This document shows, piece by piece, positions 10,018 to 21,980 of a stretch of DNA of 64,000 nt (the first letter of the stretch is position 1; each line of letters begins with the position of its first letter). The notes under the pieces were generated by a model that saw nothing but the letters and a program-made list of their open reading frames with translations, was not told the origin of the DNA and searched no databases. The stretch is taken from positions 62,001-126,000 of the forward strand of contig JAUCBJ010007426.1 of NCBI GenBank assembly GCA_032718475.1, given 5' to 3'. The position numbers and the translations under genes were made by a program. The stretch is from Nemertoderma westbladi (lineage: Eukaryota > Animalia > Xenacoelomorpha).

Positions 10018-11982
10018 GAACTGATAGATACTCCAGATTGGTTGGGTGGACCCGACTTCCTGAGCAAGGAAGAGGATGAATGGCCTCCTCACCTTACTAC
10101 GGCAGAGATTAGACAAGCCAAGGGAGCGGAGACAGTCAAACCTAAAACCCGGGCGAGTAAATCGAAGTTATTTAAACCGACTATCGATCTATCTGTATTA
10201 CATACTTCCGGGAATGATGCTTCGGATCCACAATCCCTCAACACAAATAAGTCTGTTGTGGAAATTAGAGATAGAGATTGGAAATCTGGAATACCAGACG
10301 TCTCGCAAGGAATCTCACCCATGCTGCAGAGAGCAATGCATCACTACAGTTCCTGGAATCGGCTCTGTAAAGCCGTCACATATTTAAGACGATGTTTTCA
10401 TCATCACTACTCCAGGACGAAGACCACTAGTGATACCGCTCCATTGACATCTGCACAAGTTCATGTTATTAAAAATTTACCCAAATATAAGACATCGGAT
10501 CGTTTTCTAAAGGAGAAAATTAGTCACCAGGAGCATGAAGAAACCAATAAGCAGATACTGAGACTCCTGCAATGCTATGAGGATTCCGAAAAGTATTTCC
10601 TGTTGTTGAGAAATCCGCAGATGCGCTTAAGGGATCGATTCTCGAGCACAATGATAGATGGGCTAATACGTGTTGGAGGAAGACTCACCAATGCGCCCTT
10701 ATCCTTTGACACTAAATTCCCCATACTCATTAGAAATCTTGAAGTACAAATCAAGATGATTGTAGATGTTCACAGCAAACTTTATCATGCTGGTAGAGAA
10801 CGAGTTCTTAGCGAAATTCGAACTCGCTATTATTTTGATAAACCCCGTAGAGCTCTGAACCAAGTTCTTAGGAACTGCATACCCTGTAGGAAAGCATTCA
10901 GTAGGCCTTTAACACAGCGAGAGGCAGAATTACCTAGGGAACGAGTAAGCTTCTATGAACCACCTTTTACTAATACTGGTGTAGATTTATTTGGCCCTAT
11001 TGAAGTATATCGTGCTAGGACTATAGTCAAGAGATGGTGTGTCATCTTCGTATGCATGACTTGTAGAGCCATCCATCTCGATATGGTGAACGATCTATCT
11101 ACCAACAGCTTCGTCTTAAGTTTACGCCGACAGATCGCTCGCTTCGGGACGAGTAATACCATGAGATCGGATAAGGGAACGAACTTCATTGGTGCCAACA
11201 ACGAAATACAGGCTTACGTGAAGGACTGGAACCAAAGACAGGTGGACGATCAGCTAAGGATAACAGCGTCTAGCTGGACCTTCAACGCCGCCGACGCCCC
11301 TTGGTGGGGAGGAAGTTGGGAGAGATTAATTAGAAGTGTCAAGACCGCATTTCACTTTATAGTGCCATGCCGCGCGTATCTCACCGACGAACTTTTGCGG
11401 ACGTTAATGGAGGAAATAGCTGCCTATCTCAACGAGAGACCGCTTATGCCAGTCTCATTGAGTCCCGATTCCCTGGAAGCGCTAACACCCGCGCACTTCC
11501 TACTGAAGAAACCTGTAGCCATGCTCCCACGATCGGAGATTACCGACGGAGACGAATACTGCCGTCGAACTTGGCAACTTATGCAGTTGCTATCCCGTCG
11601 TTTCGCTGACCATTTCGAGAAACATTATCTGCCCACGCTACAACTTCGAACTAAGTGGTTTGCGCAGCAAGAAAACGTCAGCGCCGGAGATATGGTGCTT
11701 ATTGTAGATCCAGACCTCCCACGTAAACGGTGGCAGACAGGTCGTATCATCGAGACTCACATCTCGGATGATGGTTTAGTACGCTCAGTAGAACTTGTCG
11801 TCATGCGGCGTAACTTCAAGAAGCCAGGCATAATCTTTGAGACGCAACAACTCAATCGCCCAGTTGGTCGTTTATGTTTACTGGAAAGAGACAGAGAACT
11901 CTCTGGAAACTATGGAAGGCAAGACACTCTTCCCACGACCACCTCCCTAATTCCTCAAACATCTAGGGACTCCCCAACGTGA
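10018..11982 (+). pseudogene. pol: E1 pol part 2: integrase (same frame, after the premature stop)
   Basis: HSKLYH...CIPC zinc-binding motif, GVDLFGP, SDKGTNF, WERLI (DDE core). Collinear with the E2 ORF. Confidence 0.93.
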
Positions 11983-13608
11983 TACGTCTGGAGTGGGTGT
12001 ATGACTATATTGTTTTATCTATTTTATTATATTTTTATATGCGAACTTTATTATGTACTTTATTATAATCGTTTTTATTCAATTTTATTTAGTAAAATGT
12101 TATTTTAGTGATTATTTAGTAGATTAGTGCAATATATTAGTGTTTATTACGTACGTAATTACTTATAATATATATTTAGTGCGACGGCGAGAAATAATTT
12201 TTTCTCTTTCCTTACTGTCCGTATCATATTATAAATACGTGACTACAGTAAGATGAAATGTCCGTACTTATTAAAGTACAATAAAGCTCCTACTATACTT
12301 AAGTATTATTGGTAGGCAGAGTATTAGGAATGCAAAGTTCAGATCCTCGTGTCTCGGCTAAACCAAGCTCTGGGTAGACCTTGGAAACGACTTGCCTCTT
12401 CACACTGACATTGCTTCGTGCGATATTGCTCTTCTACCTTATATTAAATAATACATATAGTAGCGTGATGTCCATATAACAGTAGCGTAAAACGCAAATA
12501 AATCTGTTAAACCCTTTGACCATCTGTAATTCTAGTCGATTAAGATATCGTGGCACCCACCGATATACTTGAAAGACAAATTCTAGAATCAATGGTTAAC
12601 GTCTCCAGACAAGTTCTGGAATAAATCGGTGCCCATCTTAAATATTAATTTAATATTTATTCAAATCTGTAAAATTCAGATCCTTTAAAATTTCTAGTCA
12701 ATTAAGATATCGCAGCACTTACCGATACTCTTAAAAGACAATTTTATAGAATTAAGGATCCTCAGTCCCCAGACATGCTCTGGAATAAAAATTGTGTCAA
12801 TTTTAACATCAAATAATAAAATTCACGGGAATAGATTTAAATTCATATTTTAAATGAATTTCATAAATTGTCATTTTGTGCAATTTATAACATTCCCAAA
12901 ATTCCATTAATTAATAGATCATGGGAGCGGAGATTCATCCTATTGAGTGTATTAGAGTGCGAGAATCTCCAACATATAGTCAATAGCCGATAAAATTAAT
13001 AAAATCATGCATAAAGAGGATATTGACAATTAAAGAATTATTATTAAATAGCATCCCAGATCTGTATGCATGAGAATTACCCTAATTCTACCGCTAGCAT
13101 TCCATAATGTCACCATAGCAACACCCACGCTAGAATTAGAAGCAAGTTAAGAGAACAATAGAAAGCTTGTCCCATTGCATAGCATAGAGAATACATAACA
13201 CACTGTTAGTATCCAAGGATACACAGTAATAACGTGACATTCTGGAATGCACTGACTAACGGACAAATGGCCTGTATGTGTACAATTGGTGACAGTTGTG
13301 TGGAATTTGTGCGTTTATAGGTGAATGTTACTGCTAAAGTATGTTTACAGTAGCTAGTCGCAATTGTGAAAGTAGCCCAACTCTCCTATAGAAAGAACCT
13401 AAAGTGGATTCAAGCCTTTGGGACGGACAGTGGAGTGACTTGTGCCGGTTATCGTTGTCGTGCTGTTGCTACATGTTGGCGTAAACACTGCGACGACGGT
13501 ACATCGGCGCTGAGAATCCCACTGTCCGGGGGCAAAGAGAGGTAGGCAGCGACGTCCGCTCGCCTAAACATAAACTCATTTCGATATTAATAAACTCAGA
13601 TAGCAGAT

Positions 13609-13986
13609 ATGACGGAGTTGATAGAAGATGATCTTGGTATCAGGGAGCGATATACTCTACCTTTACAAGCATTTGTGGATAGCTTGATACGCGGTGAAAC
13701 CGATCCAACCATTACGGAGGACGATGGTCGTTATATCGAGCCGCCGATGTCCCAAGAGCAACTTACGCGTGAATTGGACTATCGAAAATTCACCGCTCGC
13801 TATACGCATCGTAATAGTACGTATATGGACTTCCTAACTACCGGCCATCCTAGCGATTTGCATGATACGGACGATGTAGATACAGAGAGGGAAATGGTTC
13901 TATTTAAATATCATACCCAGCGGAGTCGTAACGATAAACCGAGAATGGAACACGAGAATTCTATTCGAAAACAACTCGAAAGATAG
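13609..13986 (+). pseudogene. E1 accessory ORF, N-terminal part (MTELIEDD...), truncated
   Basis: Homologous to E2 28624-27794 and E3 59679-60077. A TAG replaces Glu (E1 ER*NVEE vs E2 EREDVEE). Confidence 0.8.
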
Positions 13987-14873
13987 AATGTGGAAGAAAG
14001 CTTGTAAAGACAAATAGAGGAGAACACTGGAGAAGAGACATGGGTTAATGTCCAGGGTCCATGATGTGAATAGTTTTTCCCCGGGGCACGGGTGCTCGCG
14101 GGCAGTCTCCTTCGGGAGGCTGTAATTTCTCTTCCTTCATCGTTTTCCTGTAATTATTGTGATCAGTGTCACAATTAAAGGGCAAGAATGAATGATGATG
14201 TGACGGAAACATGTCCATTGTGGTATCTTATGGATACTACCATATATCCTCCCTCCTCTTTACTCCCTTTATCCCTCTATACATCGCTATTGAAAATACA
14301 ACATACTTCGTCCCACCTTCTCTTCCCAATGTGCTCGGAGCTTTGGGAGACGATCGACCAATCATTGCCGTATCGTGGTATGGATCATACCGCCTCCTAA
14401 TAAATCCCCCCACCCCTTACTGTTTATTTGTATGCTCATATTGGTGTCCGCACCTCTCGTCCATGTAACATTCCACATTCTGTTGATATTTATGATATCA
14501 ACTTCCACCCTCGCGTTGTTGATTAGAAAATCAACCACCAATAATTTCCTTAAGTCCGCAACCGTGATACAAACAAGGACTGAAAGGACACGAGGATAGT
14601 TTGTGAACAACTGGTACCATTATGTGTCATAAATCTGGTTGTTCACCTCCCTCAATGATTGGAGATATAAATCTTATGTAGAACAACTGAGACAAACATA
14701 TCCTTGAACGGGTATTTACCTCCTCGCTAGGGATAAATTCATTTAGAGATCGTCTTCGAACGATTGAATCTTCCTACTGAAGTCGTATTTCTGAATATTT
14801 CTGAATACGATATAAGTCTTCCTCTGCTCTCGATCATCAATGGCGGAAAACATATTAGTCATCCTAGGGGAAC

Positions 14874-16649
14874 ATGGAGAACATTCCATACCCTCTCGTT
14901 GATACTCAGCTGATTGCTCCCTGGGCAGAAGGTCGAGGTTTCTTCCGCACTATGTATGCTAATACGCCTAGCAACATTACCAAGGTGCAACGAACTTCCA
15001 TCGGACATCTTGCCTTTCAGGAATACGGATGGAATTTCAAAGTCGGAAATCCCATTAACTATCAACAAGTATACGGAGATCATTATTCTCGATTGTACTT
15101 TGATGGACCATTAACTGCACCTGGCGCCGTGTATAGCTTCATGAGTGTTCCACTCCGTCCCTCCTTAGCTATATACACGATCTTTGAAAACAGCGCACTT
15201 GCCGGTTGGCTAGCCGATGTGTGCAGTCGTACTATACGCGCCCATCCATTAATACTTGGGACCAAACTCGCTAAGCTAGATGAACATAATAAATTCATCC
15301 GTTTCGAATGTTTCCGGCGATTTTTAACCCCGTTCCGCAACGTGGATAGCCAATTTAAAGACTGCGCTTTGACCAAACTCAGCCTAAGAAACTCAGCTGC
15401 AGAGAAGTTGGATAGCGCTGGATTCGCCATTTTCAAAGAGATTTGTATATCGAACTTGCACTCCTCTGTTATACAAAGACCTCGAATCCCCACAGGTTAT
15501 TCTGTCGTGGAAATTCAGACAATAGGTCCACCTGAAGAGACAGACGCACCCACTTCAGCTATGCACTTGGAAGACGAACCAATATGTCTAGAATCTGAAG
15601 AGATTCAGCCTATCGCGCCCCGGAACAGCGACAACGATTACATCATAGAATGGTATCAAGGTCCACAGTGTCTCACTGCGTACGATTATCGACATGCCAA
15701 CTATGTTTCTAGGCAACGTTGTCGGTTATGCGCATTGAGAGACCACGATACGCCCATGGACACCAACGTCCGCTGTTCCTATTTCCAAGAACAACCGACT
15801 ATGGAAATTTATTGCGCATATTGCAGACTCAATAACTTGCATATCTTTGCGGTTTGCCCTCAATTTATGACTCAATGTCACCATTGTCAACTAAAGGGAC
15901 ATGCTAGTTTCGACTGCCCTTTTAATCACGATTTGGAAAGCGTAGATGAAATGATCACACTACGATACATCAGAGCTTGGGAAGCGAACGCTGATTTACA
16001 TTGTGATTCGCGCCATCGCTATTATCCCGGACGCGCTTATGAAGGAGTTTATGCGTTCCATCCTTATCTATTCGCTTCGGTTGAACAGAAATCACGCATA
16101 TCAAGTTACGAGCTACTGAAGCGTGTTGGAGAATGTATTTCAACCAAATTCGTACGCAAATTTCTCAGAAATGTTAATCCTAGCGACCTTCATTCCTATA
16201 ACTTAATCAATTATATCCGTCAGGATCCGGACTATGGAGACTTGTTTGTTAACTCACACCCCGAGTTACAGGAAGTATATCGACGGCCTTACGAATACCG
16301 AGCCCGCGAACGCGAGTTGGAAAGGACCATTAAACCCCGGAGGTTTCTAACTGCCTATGGTCCACCCACGGCCCTCGTTCAGACCACTCGTAAAGGACCC
16401 GTAAGAGCGGCTGTCTTGAAACGAGCTCTCAAAGCCGTTAGACCCCTCTCCCCGGACGTTGATGTCAATCAACCCGGTACTTCGACTGGCGGATACACCG
16501 ACCATAATCCTACACCCTCTGATGCAATCATATTGCACCCTTCACCCAGGAGTTATAGCCCTCCTTGTAAAGTGGCTCGCCCCAAAGAGAAAAGGACTCT
16601 GGCTAGCTTTAAGAAACTGCGTAAACGCCATCCGCGCAAGAAAGACTAA
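14874..16649 (+). CDS. E1 accessory ORF, C-terminal part: Cys/His zinc-knuckle-like protein with basic tail
   Basis: 591-aa ORF with CRLC..H..C, CAYC..H..C and CHHCQLKGHASFDC, ending KKLRKRHPRKKD. Remnants in E2 (27100-27260) and E3 (60048-60168). Confidence 0.8.
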   Translation: MENIPYPLVDTQLIAPWAEGRGFFRTMYANTPSNITKVQRTSIGHLAFQEYGWNFKVGNPINYQQVYGDHYSRLYFDGPLTAPGAVYSFMSVPLRPSLAIYTIFENSALAGWLADVCSRTIRAHPLILGTKLAKLDEHNKFIRFECFRRFLTPFRNVDSQFKDCALTKLSLRNSAAEKLDSAGFAIFKEICISNLHSSVIQRPRIPTGYSVVEIQTIGPPEETDAPTSAMHLEDEPICLESEEIQPIAPRNSDNDYIIEWYQGPQCLTAYDYRHANYVSRQRCRLCALRDHDTPMDTNVRCSYFQEQPTMEIYCAYCRLNNLHIFAVCPQFMTQCHHCQLKGHASFDCPFNHDLESVDEMITLRYIRAWEANADLHCDSRHRYYPGRAYEGVYAFHPYLFASVEQKSRISSYELLKRVGECISTKFVRKFLRNVNPSDLHSYNLINYIRQDPDYGDLFVNSHPELQEVYRRPYEYRARERELERTIKPRRFLTAYGPPTALVQTTRKGPVRAAVLKRALKAVRPLSPDVDVNQPGTSTGGYTDHNPTPSDAIILHPSPRSYSPPCKVARPKEKRTLASFKKLRKRHPRKKD

Positions 16650-16719
16650 CTGTTTAGAGTATTTACGTATATTAGAAACTGTGATTTTGTATATTTTATA
16701 GACTCAAATCCCATTTTCT

Positions 16720-16727
16720 GGGAGCGG
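16720..16727 (+). promoter_or_regulatory. E1 polypurine tract (short, GGGAGCGG)
   Basis: Directly precedes the 3' LTR. Identical in E2 (27019-27026, minus strand). Confidence 0.7.
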
Positions 16728-17880
16728 TGTAAAAGCTTCTGTAGGATATAACTCGCCCTTTTGCTTCGCAATCCAGTTTCCCCCCTAGGCGCTGGAATAC
16801 TCTAAAAGGCTCTATAACTATATATATATTCCCCTCGCCCGCAAGGTACCGTTATAGGTGTTTTAACGGACATAAAAGTCATTCTGCTATATACGTGTTT
16901 TGGCGGACATGGTAAGGCAAAAAACCTGCAATGCACCAAATACCTTTCACAGCTTAGCCGTGATGATTCATATTACGACATCTAACAGCTGGTTGCTGAC
17001 ATGGAAACAGCCATTGGCCACATGGTTCTTTGTTTAGCTTAAGCCAATCAGAGCGATTTTTTCTGTCGATGTGGAGCTTTTCGGCCGATCATACTAGAAA
17101 TTATAGAGCGTATAACTGTTATCAACTCACATATCTTATCTAATCATAACAACTGATTGCAATTCAGTTTTACATTATCGGTTCAATATACATTATTATA
17201 CTGCTGTTTACTATTGTTTGGTTGAATATTATTTGGAGAACATTTATAAAGAACCCAAATTTCCCAATTTTCTTGATACACTACAGGTTAGAGAGGCGGG
17301 TTATATATAGCGATTGCGACTTATATTATTGTGTATGTAGTGATTTTAATGCTATTTGATAAGCACTACATTGGTCCGTTGCTGTTCTCTTTATATATGA
17401 TAAAAATCATTGACGGTCGGCAAATTAGTGAGCAGTATTGTATGTTACCGGTAGTGTGCATGATTGTGACTGATAACTAAGCATTTCCTAAAGAATGCGC
17501 CTCATACGTGAATCATAAGCCTTACCGACTTACCGTTGTGATTAGTATAAGTCATATCTCTGTTTACCTAAATAGAGCGCCACGTCCTAAAGGAACTGTT
17601 AATATTTCCCGAAAGTGAATAATATTAGTCAGAAATTAATTATTAACGATCAATCGAATAATACAGTACAGTAAGCTTACACTGCAATAATAATCTAAGC
17701 CCTCAGAATCCAGTCTCCCGGGAATATCCAGCGGGTGAATGGACGCGCACTAGGCTGGCTTCTGCTAATGTTGTGTTTATTGGTATTAAATATTTGTTAT
17801 CTTCTAAAGTCTATTTATAAACCAAAAGACATATAAATTTTGGCAGGTTAAACTGCTAAAGGTCTTCAAAAGCGCGTACA
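16728..17880 (+). repeat. E1 3' LTR
   Basis: Direct repeat of 626-1778, followed by TSD CACAC. Confidence 0.97.
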
Positions 17881-19417
17881 CACACCCCGAACAGGTAGGG
17901 CACGTTGTTACCTCTTATTCACATGTTTCTAGCCAAATTTTATTTTGGCGCACCAACCCTATTGACCACGAGTGGAGAAAGAGATTTCGGCCCAAAATGA
18001 CAGCATGTGAAATAATGTTTTATTCATTGTTTTGGTTAGAAAACTGTAACCTACTAACCTACAGTACTCCTTTTCCTAAATGTTTTAAATTAAATGAACT
18101 TCTTTTTTAAACCAAATGAACACATATTGGTGTTGGCTGTCATTTTGTGCCATTAACTCAACCAACTAACATTATTATTCACCGTATACCGGTCGGCACA
18201 TTAATTTGACTTCCTATTCTACAAAAATGTACCCTCTGTAATCACCTCACCACCAATCATTTCAGCCCGCCCTTTCTATTTACAACAGCATTACTATTAT
18301 CTAGAAACCGAGCAACCGTTCCATTCAGGATTTGTAATTCGAACGGTGGTTCTGACTTATGAGGAATTTAATTGATAATTAATTGATGTATCTTAAGTGA
18401 CAATGATTTAATTAAGATTTAATTTTATTTTTTCAAAAATATTAAGAAGGATTAGAAAACTTTAAATTAATGATATGTTACTTTCTGTAAAAATTATCTG
18501 AAACTCGTAAAGGTTATCACTGGAAAAACCTTTGTTTGTTGTTTTACTGCAAGGTTTGCCCATTGAATGACGATATCGCATTTTATTCACATGTTCAGTA
18601 CCGGGGGAGGAAGGTTAGCGTTGTACGTAACATTTGTACGGAATATTTTCAGGAAGATGGGAAGCCATATGCTATTTAGGAGTAGTAAACATGCTTTTCC
18701 AATAAGAACTAACTAATTAAGACAGTCAGATAATTTTTCATTTGACTTTTGCAGAAGTGAGGCATATCTTAGTTAAAATTTTTTTTAGTTAATATTTCTT
18801 GAAAAATACATCCCCTAATTAAATTATTATTAGTTCTACTAAATTACACTTAATTGTACTACTGTACTTAATTGTAATATAAATAAATCAAATATCGATC
18901 ACTCAGAAACACTGAATCCGAATCCGAATTTCAATCCAAATACAATATAACCTGTCCTACTAACCTCTTTCTCACATATTTCTGGAACTTTCAATTGTAA
19001 CTTATATTGTAGTTAGTGATTTATTTAGCTACCAGTAGTAAATAACACGCTAGTTTTTTATTTTTTTTTTATCTCGTGTGTTTCATTAATTAGAAATCGT
19101 TGCTAAGCCTCATTTAAATATCATTGAATTGGGGTTGAATTAATTGGGGTGTGAATATTAAATTTTTTTTTGTTCAGGACTGGATGTCACTCGGGTTTGA
19201 ACCAACGCTGTATTGAGTACAGCACAGTTCCGGCTATTGTTCTGCTTTAGCAGCGCGCAAAGTTCAGCCACTGGTATATCCGTTTTCCAATCCATTTCGC
19301 ATAATTGATGTCGGAAGGTCCATTTCTATCTGTTAGGGTAATGAAGCGGCCCAATAGGCCGGTGCACTACTCTGATAGGGTGCACCCCCCCCCCCCCCCC
19401 CCCCCCTCCAAAAAAAA

Positions 19418-19962
19418 GTTTATACTAGCTAGTTTTTGTTACTTTTTTTTAAATGTTCTAGAACATATTGTCTATTCATTTTTTTATTAATTTCGTTCTC
19501 GAACAAATAATTGTTGTTCTAGAACAAAATTAATTAATTAGATATTTTTTAAGTTATCAAAGCTAGTTTTTCTTACTTTTTTTTTAATTTTCTAGAACAT
19601 ATCGTCTATTTATTTTTGTAAAAAGTAATGTTCTAGAATAAATATTTTTTGTTCTACAACATTCGAAAAAATTTTATTTTTGTTGTGTTTTTTTATTTGA
19701 TTAGGCCTAGTAAGCGTTAAAAATAATTACTAACAACTACAAATTTTCATTGTAGCTAGTGATTCTTATTAAAAATTTTATACAAAGATAACATACAATA
19801 AAAAATTAAAAAGATAAACAAATTAGCTAGTTTTTTACTATTTTATTTTCTAGAACAAAAAATATTTGTTCTAGAACAAAATTTTCATATTAAATGAATA
19901 GATTATACAGTATGTTTAAGAAATTTTTTTTTAAAAAGTAACAAAAACTAGCTAGTATAAAA
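19418..19962. repeat. AT-rich palindromic (foldback/MITE-like) element
   Basis: TATACTAGCTAGTTTTTGTTACTTTTT at ~19421 is inverted at ~19934-19959. Multiple GTTCTAGAAC subrepeats. Confidence 0.65.
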
Positions 19963-20042
19963 AATTTAATGGAAATTGAAAGAATTTGAACACCAAACAC
20001 ACTATACCCTGATAGGCTAGAGTTCTGTATAGCACGGCAGGC

Positions 20043-20168
20043 ATTACTATGTTACTATGTATGGGTACCCCCACTTCTTGACCAATTATTTTAATATGAA
20101 AATGACTTCTTTTATGATGTTCTTTATTCTACAATAGTACCAAAAGTGGGTACCCATAACATAGTAAT
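20043..20168. repeat. Short palindromic element
   Basis: Inverted arms ATTACTATGT..ATGGGTACCC.CACTT and AAGTGGGTACCCATAACATAGTAAT. Confidence 0.55.
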
Positions 20169-20659
20169 ATCTGACCACGTATCTTACGGCCACCAACCTC
20201 CAACCACCCCCCCCCCCCCTTATTTGTCAACAAAAAAATAGCTACTCAGGTTTATCTATAAAAAAAAGTTGACGATGTCATTTAGTGTAAGAGTTGGACG
20301 AATGTTTAAAATGAACTGGAATTTAAAATACCATCCTGGTTAGTGATCAATTTTTGAAAATGACATAAAAATGGAGTCACACATCATATTACACCACTTC
20401 CTGTAATATACAGTAGTGTCGTTATTCTGGTACAGTCCGCCCCCCCCCCCCCCCCTTCCCTAATTGTTTCTACAAATCTTAATGAGAATGCATCACATTT
20501 GAAACAGAGATAGTTTCATCTACCTCCTCTTTACTGGGTGAGCCAGAATTTTTATTTTCGCGTTCAATCTGTCGCTACACGCGTTTGAAAAAACTCTCTC
20601 CATCGATATAGCGCCAGTCGAACTGCAGTTATTCTTCAATCTTATAGCTACTGTAGTAC

Positions 20660-21244
20660 TGTGACGGGATCAAGCGATCCCGACCGGGTTATGTTGTACT
20701 CGTCACAGCAGGCCGATGGGAAAACGTTTGAGTTCGATGTTCCTTCGTTCCGATATATATAATAATATGCGTAGTGATAGCACAGTAAAATGATACGACT
20801 GGTAATAGCGATATAATATGACAGCATATAACAGCACTGTGATGACGGTAAGACAATAATGCCGGTCTGCACGGAAACTGACAATTTGGTAACTGAATAA
20901 TAAATCAGTATGTATGGGATAATATATGTGTGATTACTTCACCCATACATTACTTTGGCCTCCTACCTAGTGGATGCTCTCCTTCGCCCCTATTGGCTAA
21001 TAACCTACTTCACGCCTTTCCACTCTCTGGGAGTGTTTCCCCCATGTTGCTAGCCCCATGTTGCTAGCTCCGAGGTGGTTTGACTTATAACCTCCCTTTG
21101 TGTGTGGCTTCGGGGTTTGTACTGTCCCCGATGTTGGTTGTGATACGAGATTAGTTACTGCTAATCTCGTATCTCCAACATATTGCTGAAAATGCCACTA
21201 TCCCATTTTATGAGGGTAATGAGGCGGAATTGAATCCGCTTACA
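20660..21244 (-). repeat. E4 3' LTR (585 bp)
   Basis: Direct repeat of 46369-46959 with about a dozen differences. Preceded on the minus strand by a poly-G PPT (21245-21258). Confidence 0.95.
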
Positions 21245-21980
21245 CCCCCCCCCCCCCCATGCTATCTTACCGGTGAGAAGATAGCATTAACTACAAGTGC
21301 GCTTCAATTCCGCGGGAACCCGATCTACTATCGGGTGTGGGGTGGAGTTCTTTTCTAGGAGTCGACTTTCCAGGCCGCTCCCTCTGGGTATGATATTACT
21401 ACCCCTTCTTGGTGCAATCGCAACCTATGTTGCACCAAGACATCTGGCGTCTCAGTTCGAGACAATTGTGGACTCCTCTCACACATTTTTATATCTCCAC
21501 ACTCTGAACTGACTCTAACTTCACTTTAGCTCCACTCTAACTCCACTCTACTCTATCTTACTCGCTCCCCACACTTGAATTGCACTCCTCTCACTTTCTC
21601 TCATCGTGTCAACACCTCCTCTCCATTCCCCCCCCCCCCCCGATTCCCCATTCTCGTTTTCATTCCTTATACACTTATTGGGCCCCACACATGTGCGCAT
21701 CATGTTAGTGGGAGCCGTCTAAGTCCCGTCCTGTCGCCCTAGTCAATTAGTCCCCAGTCCCATTAGCTAATTGGAAAAAGGTTGTACTTGACTACGGTGC
21801 ATATTATACCTCCCTTTCTTCTTTCGTGCCAATATCCCCTAACTTTATTTTAGATTTTGTTTTATCTGTATTTTCCCCCTATTCTGTGCTATCATCGAAC
21901 CTACCTCTCTACTTGTTTCTTACCGTGTACTTACTACTATGGTATGGTATATCCATATACCATATTCTCTACCCTATGCT

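Larger units (their letters stand above)
626..17880 (+). mobile_element. E1: full-length BEL/Pao LTR retrotransposon, family A (defective)
   Basis: Two 1153-bp TGT...ACA LTRs, 5-bp TSD CACAC (621-625 and 17881-17885), and gag-PR-RT-RH-IN domain order. Confidence 0.97.

Noticed and set aside
14874-16649. env gene
   Set aside because: No evident signal peptide, TM anchor or fusion-protein pattern. It has Cys/His knuckles and a basic tail instead.
17886-19400. Gene or RNA in the inter-element spacer
   Set aside because: AT-rich, with no convincing ORF, tRNA fold or element termini recognised.
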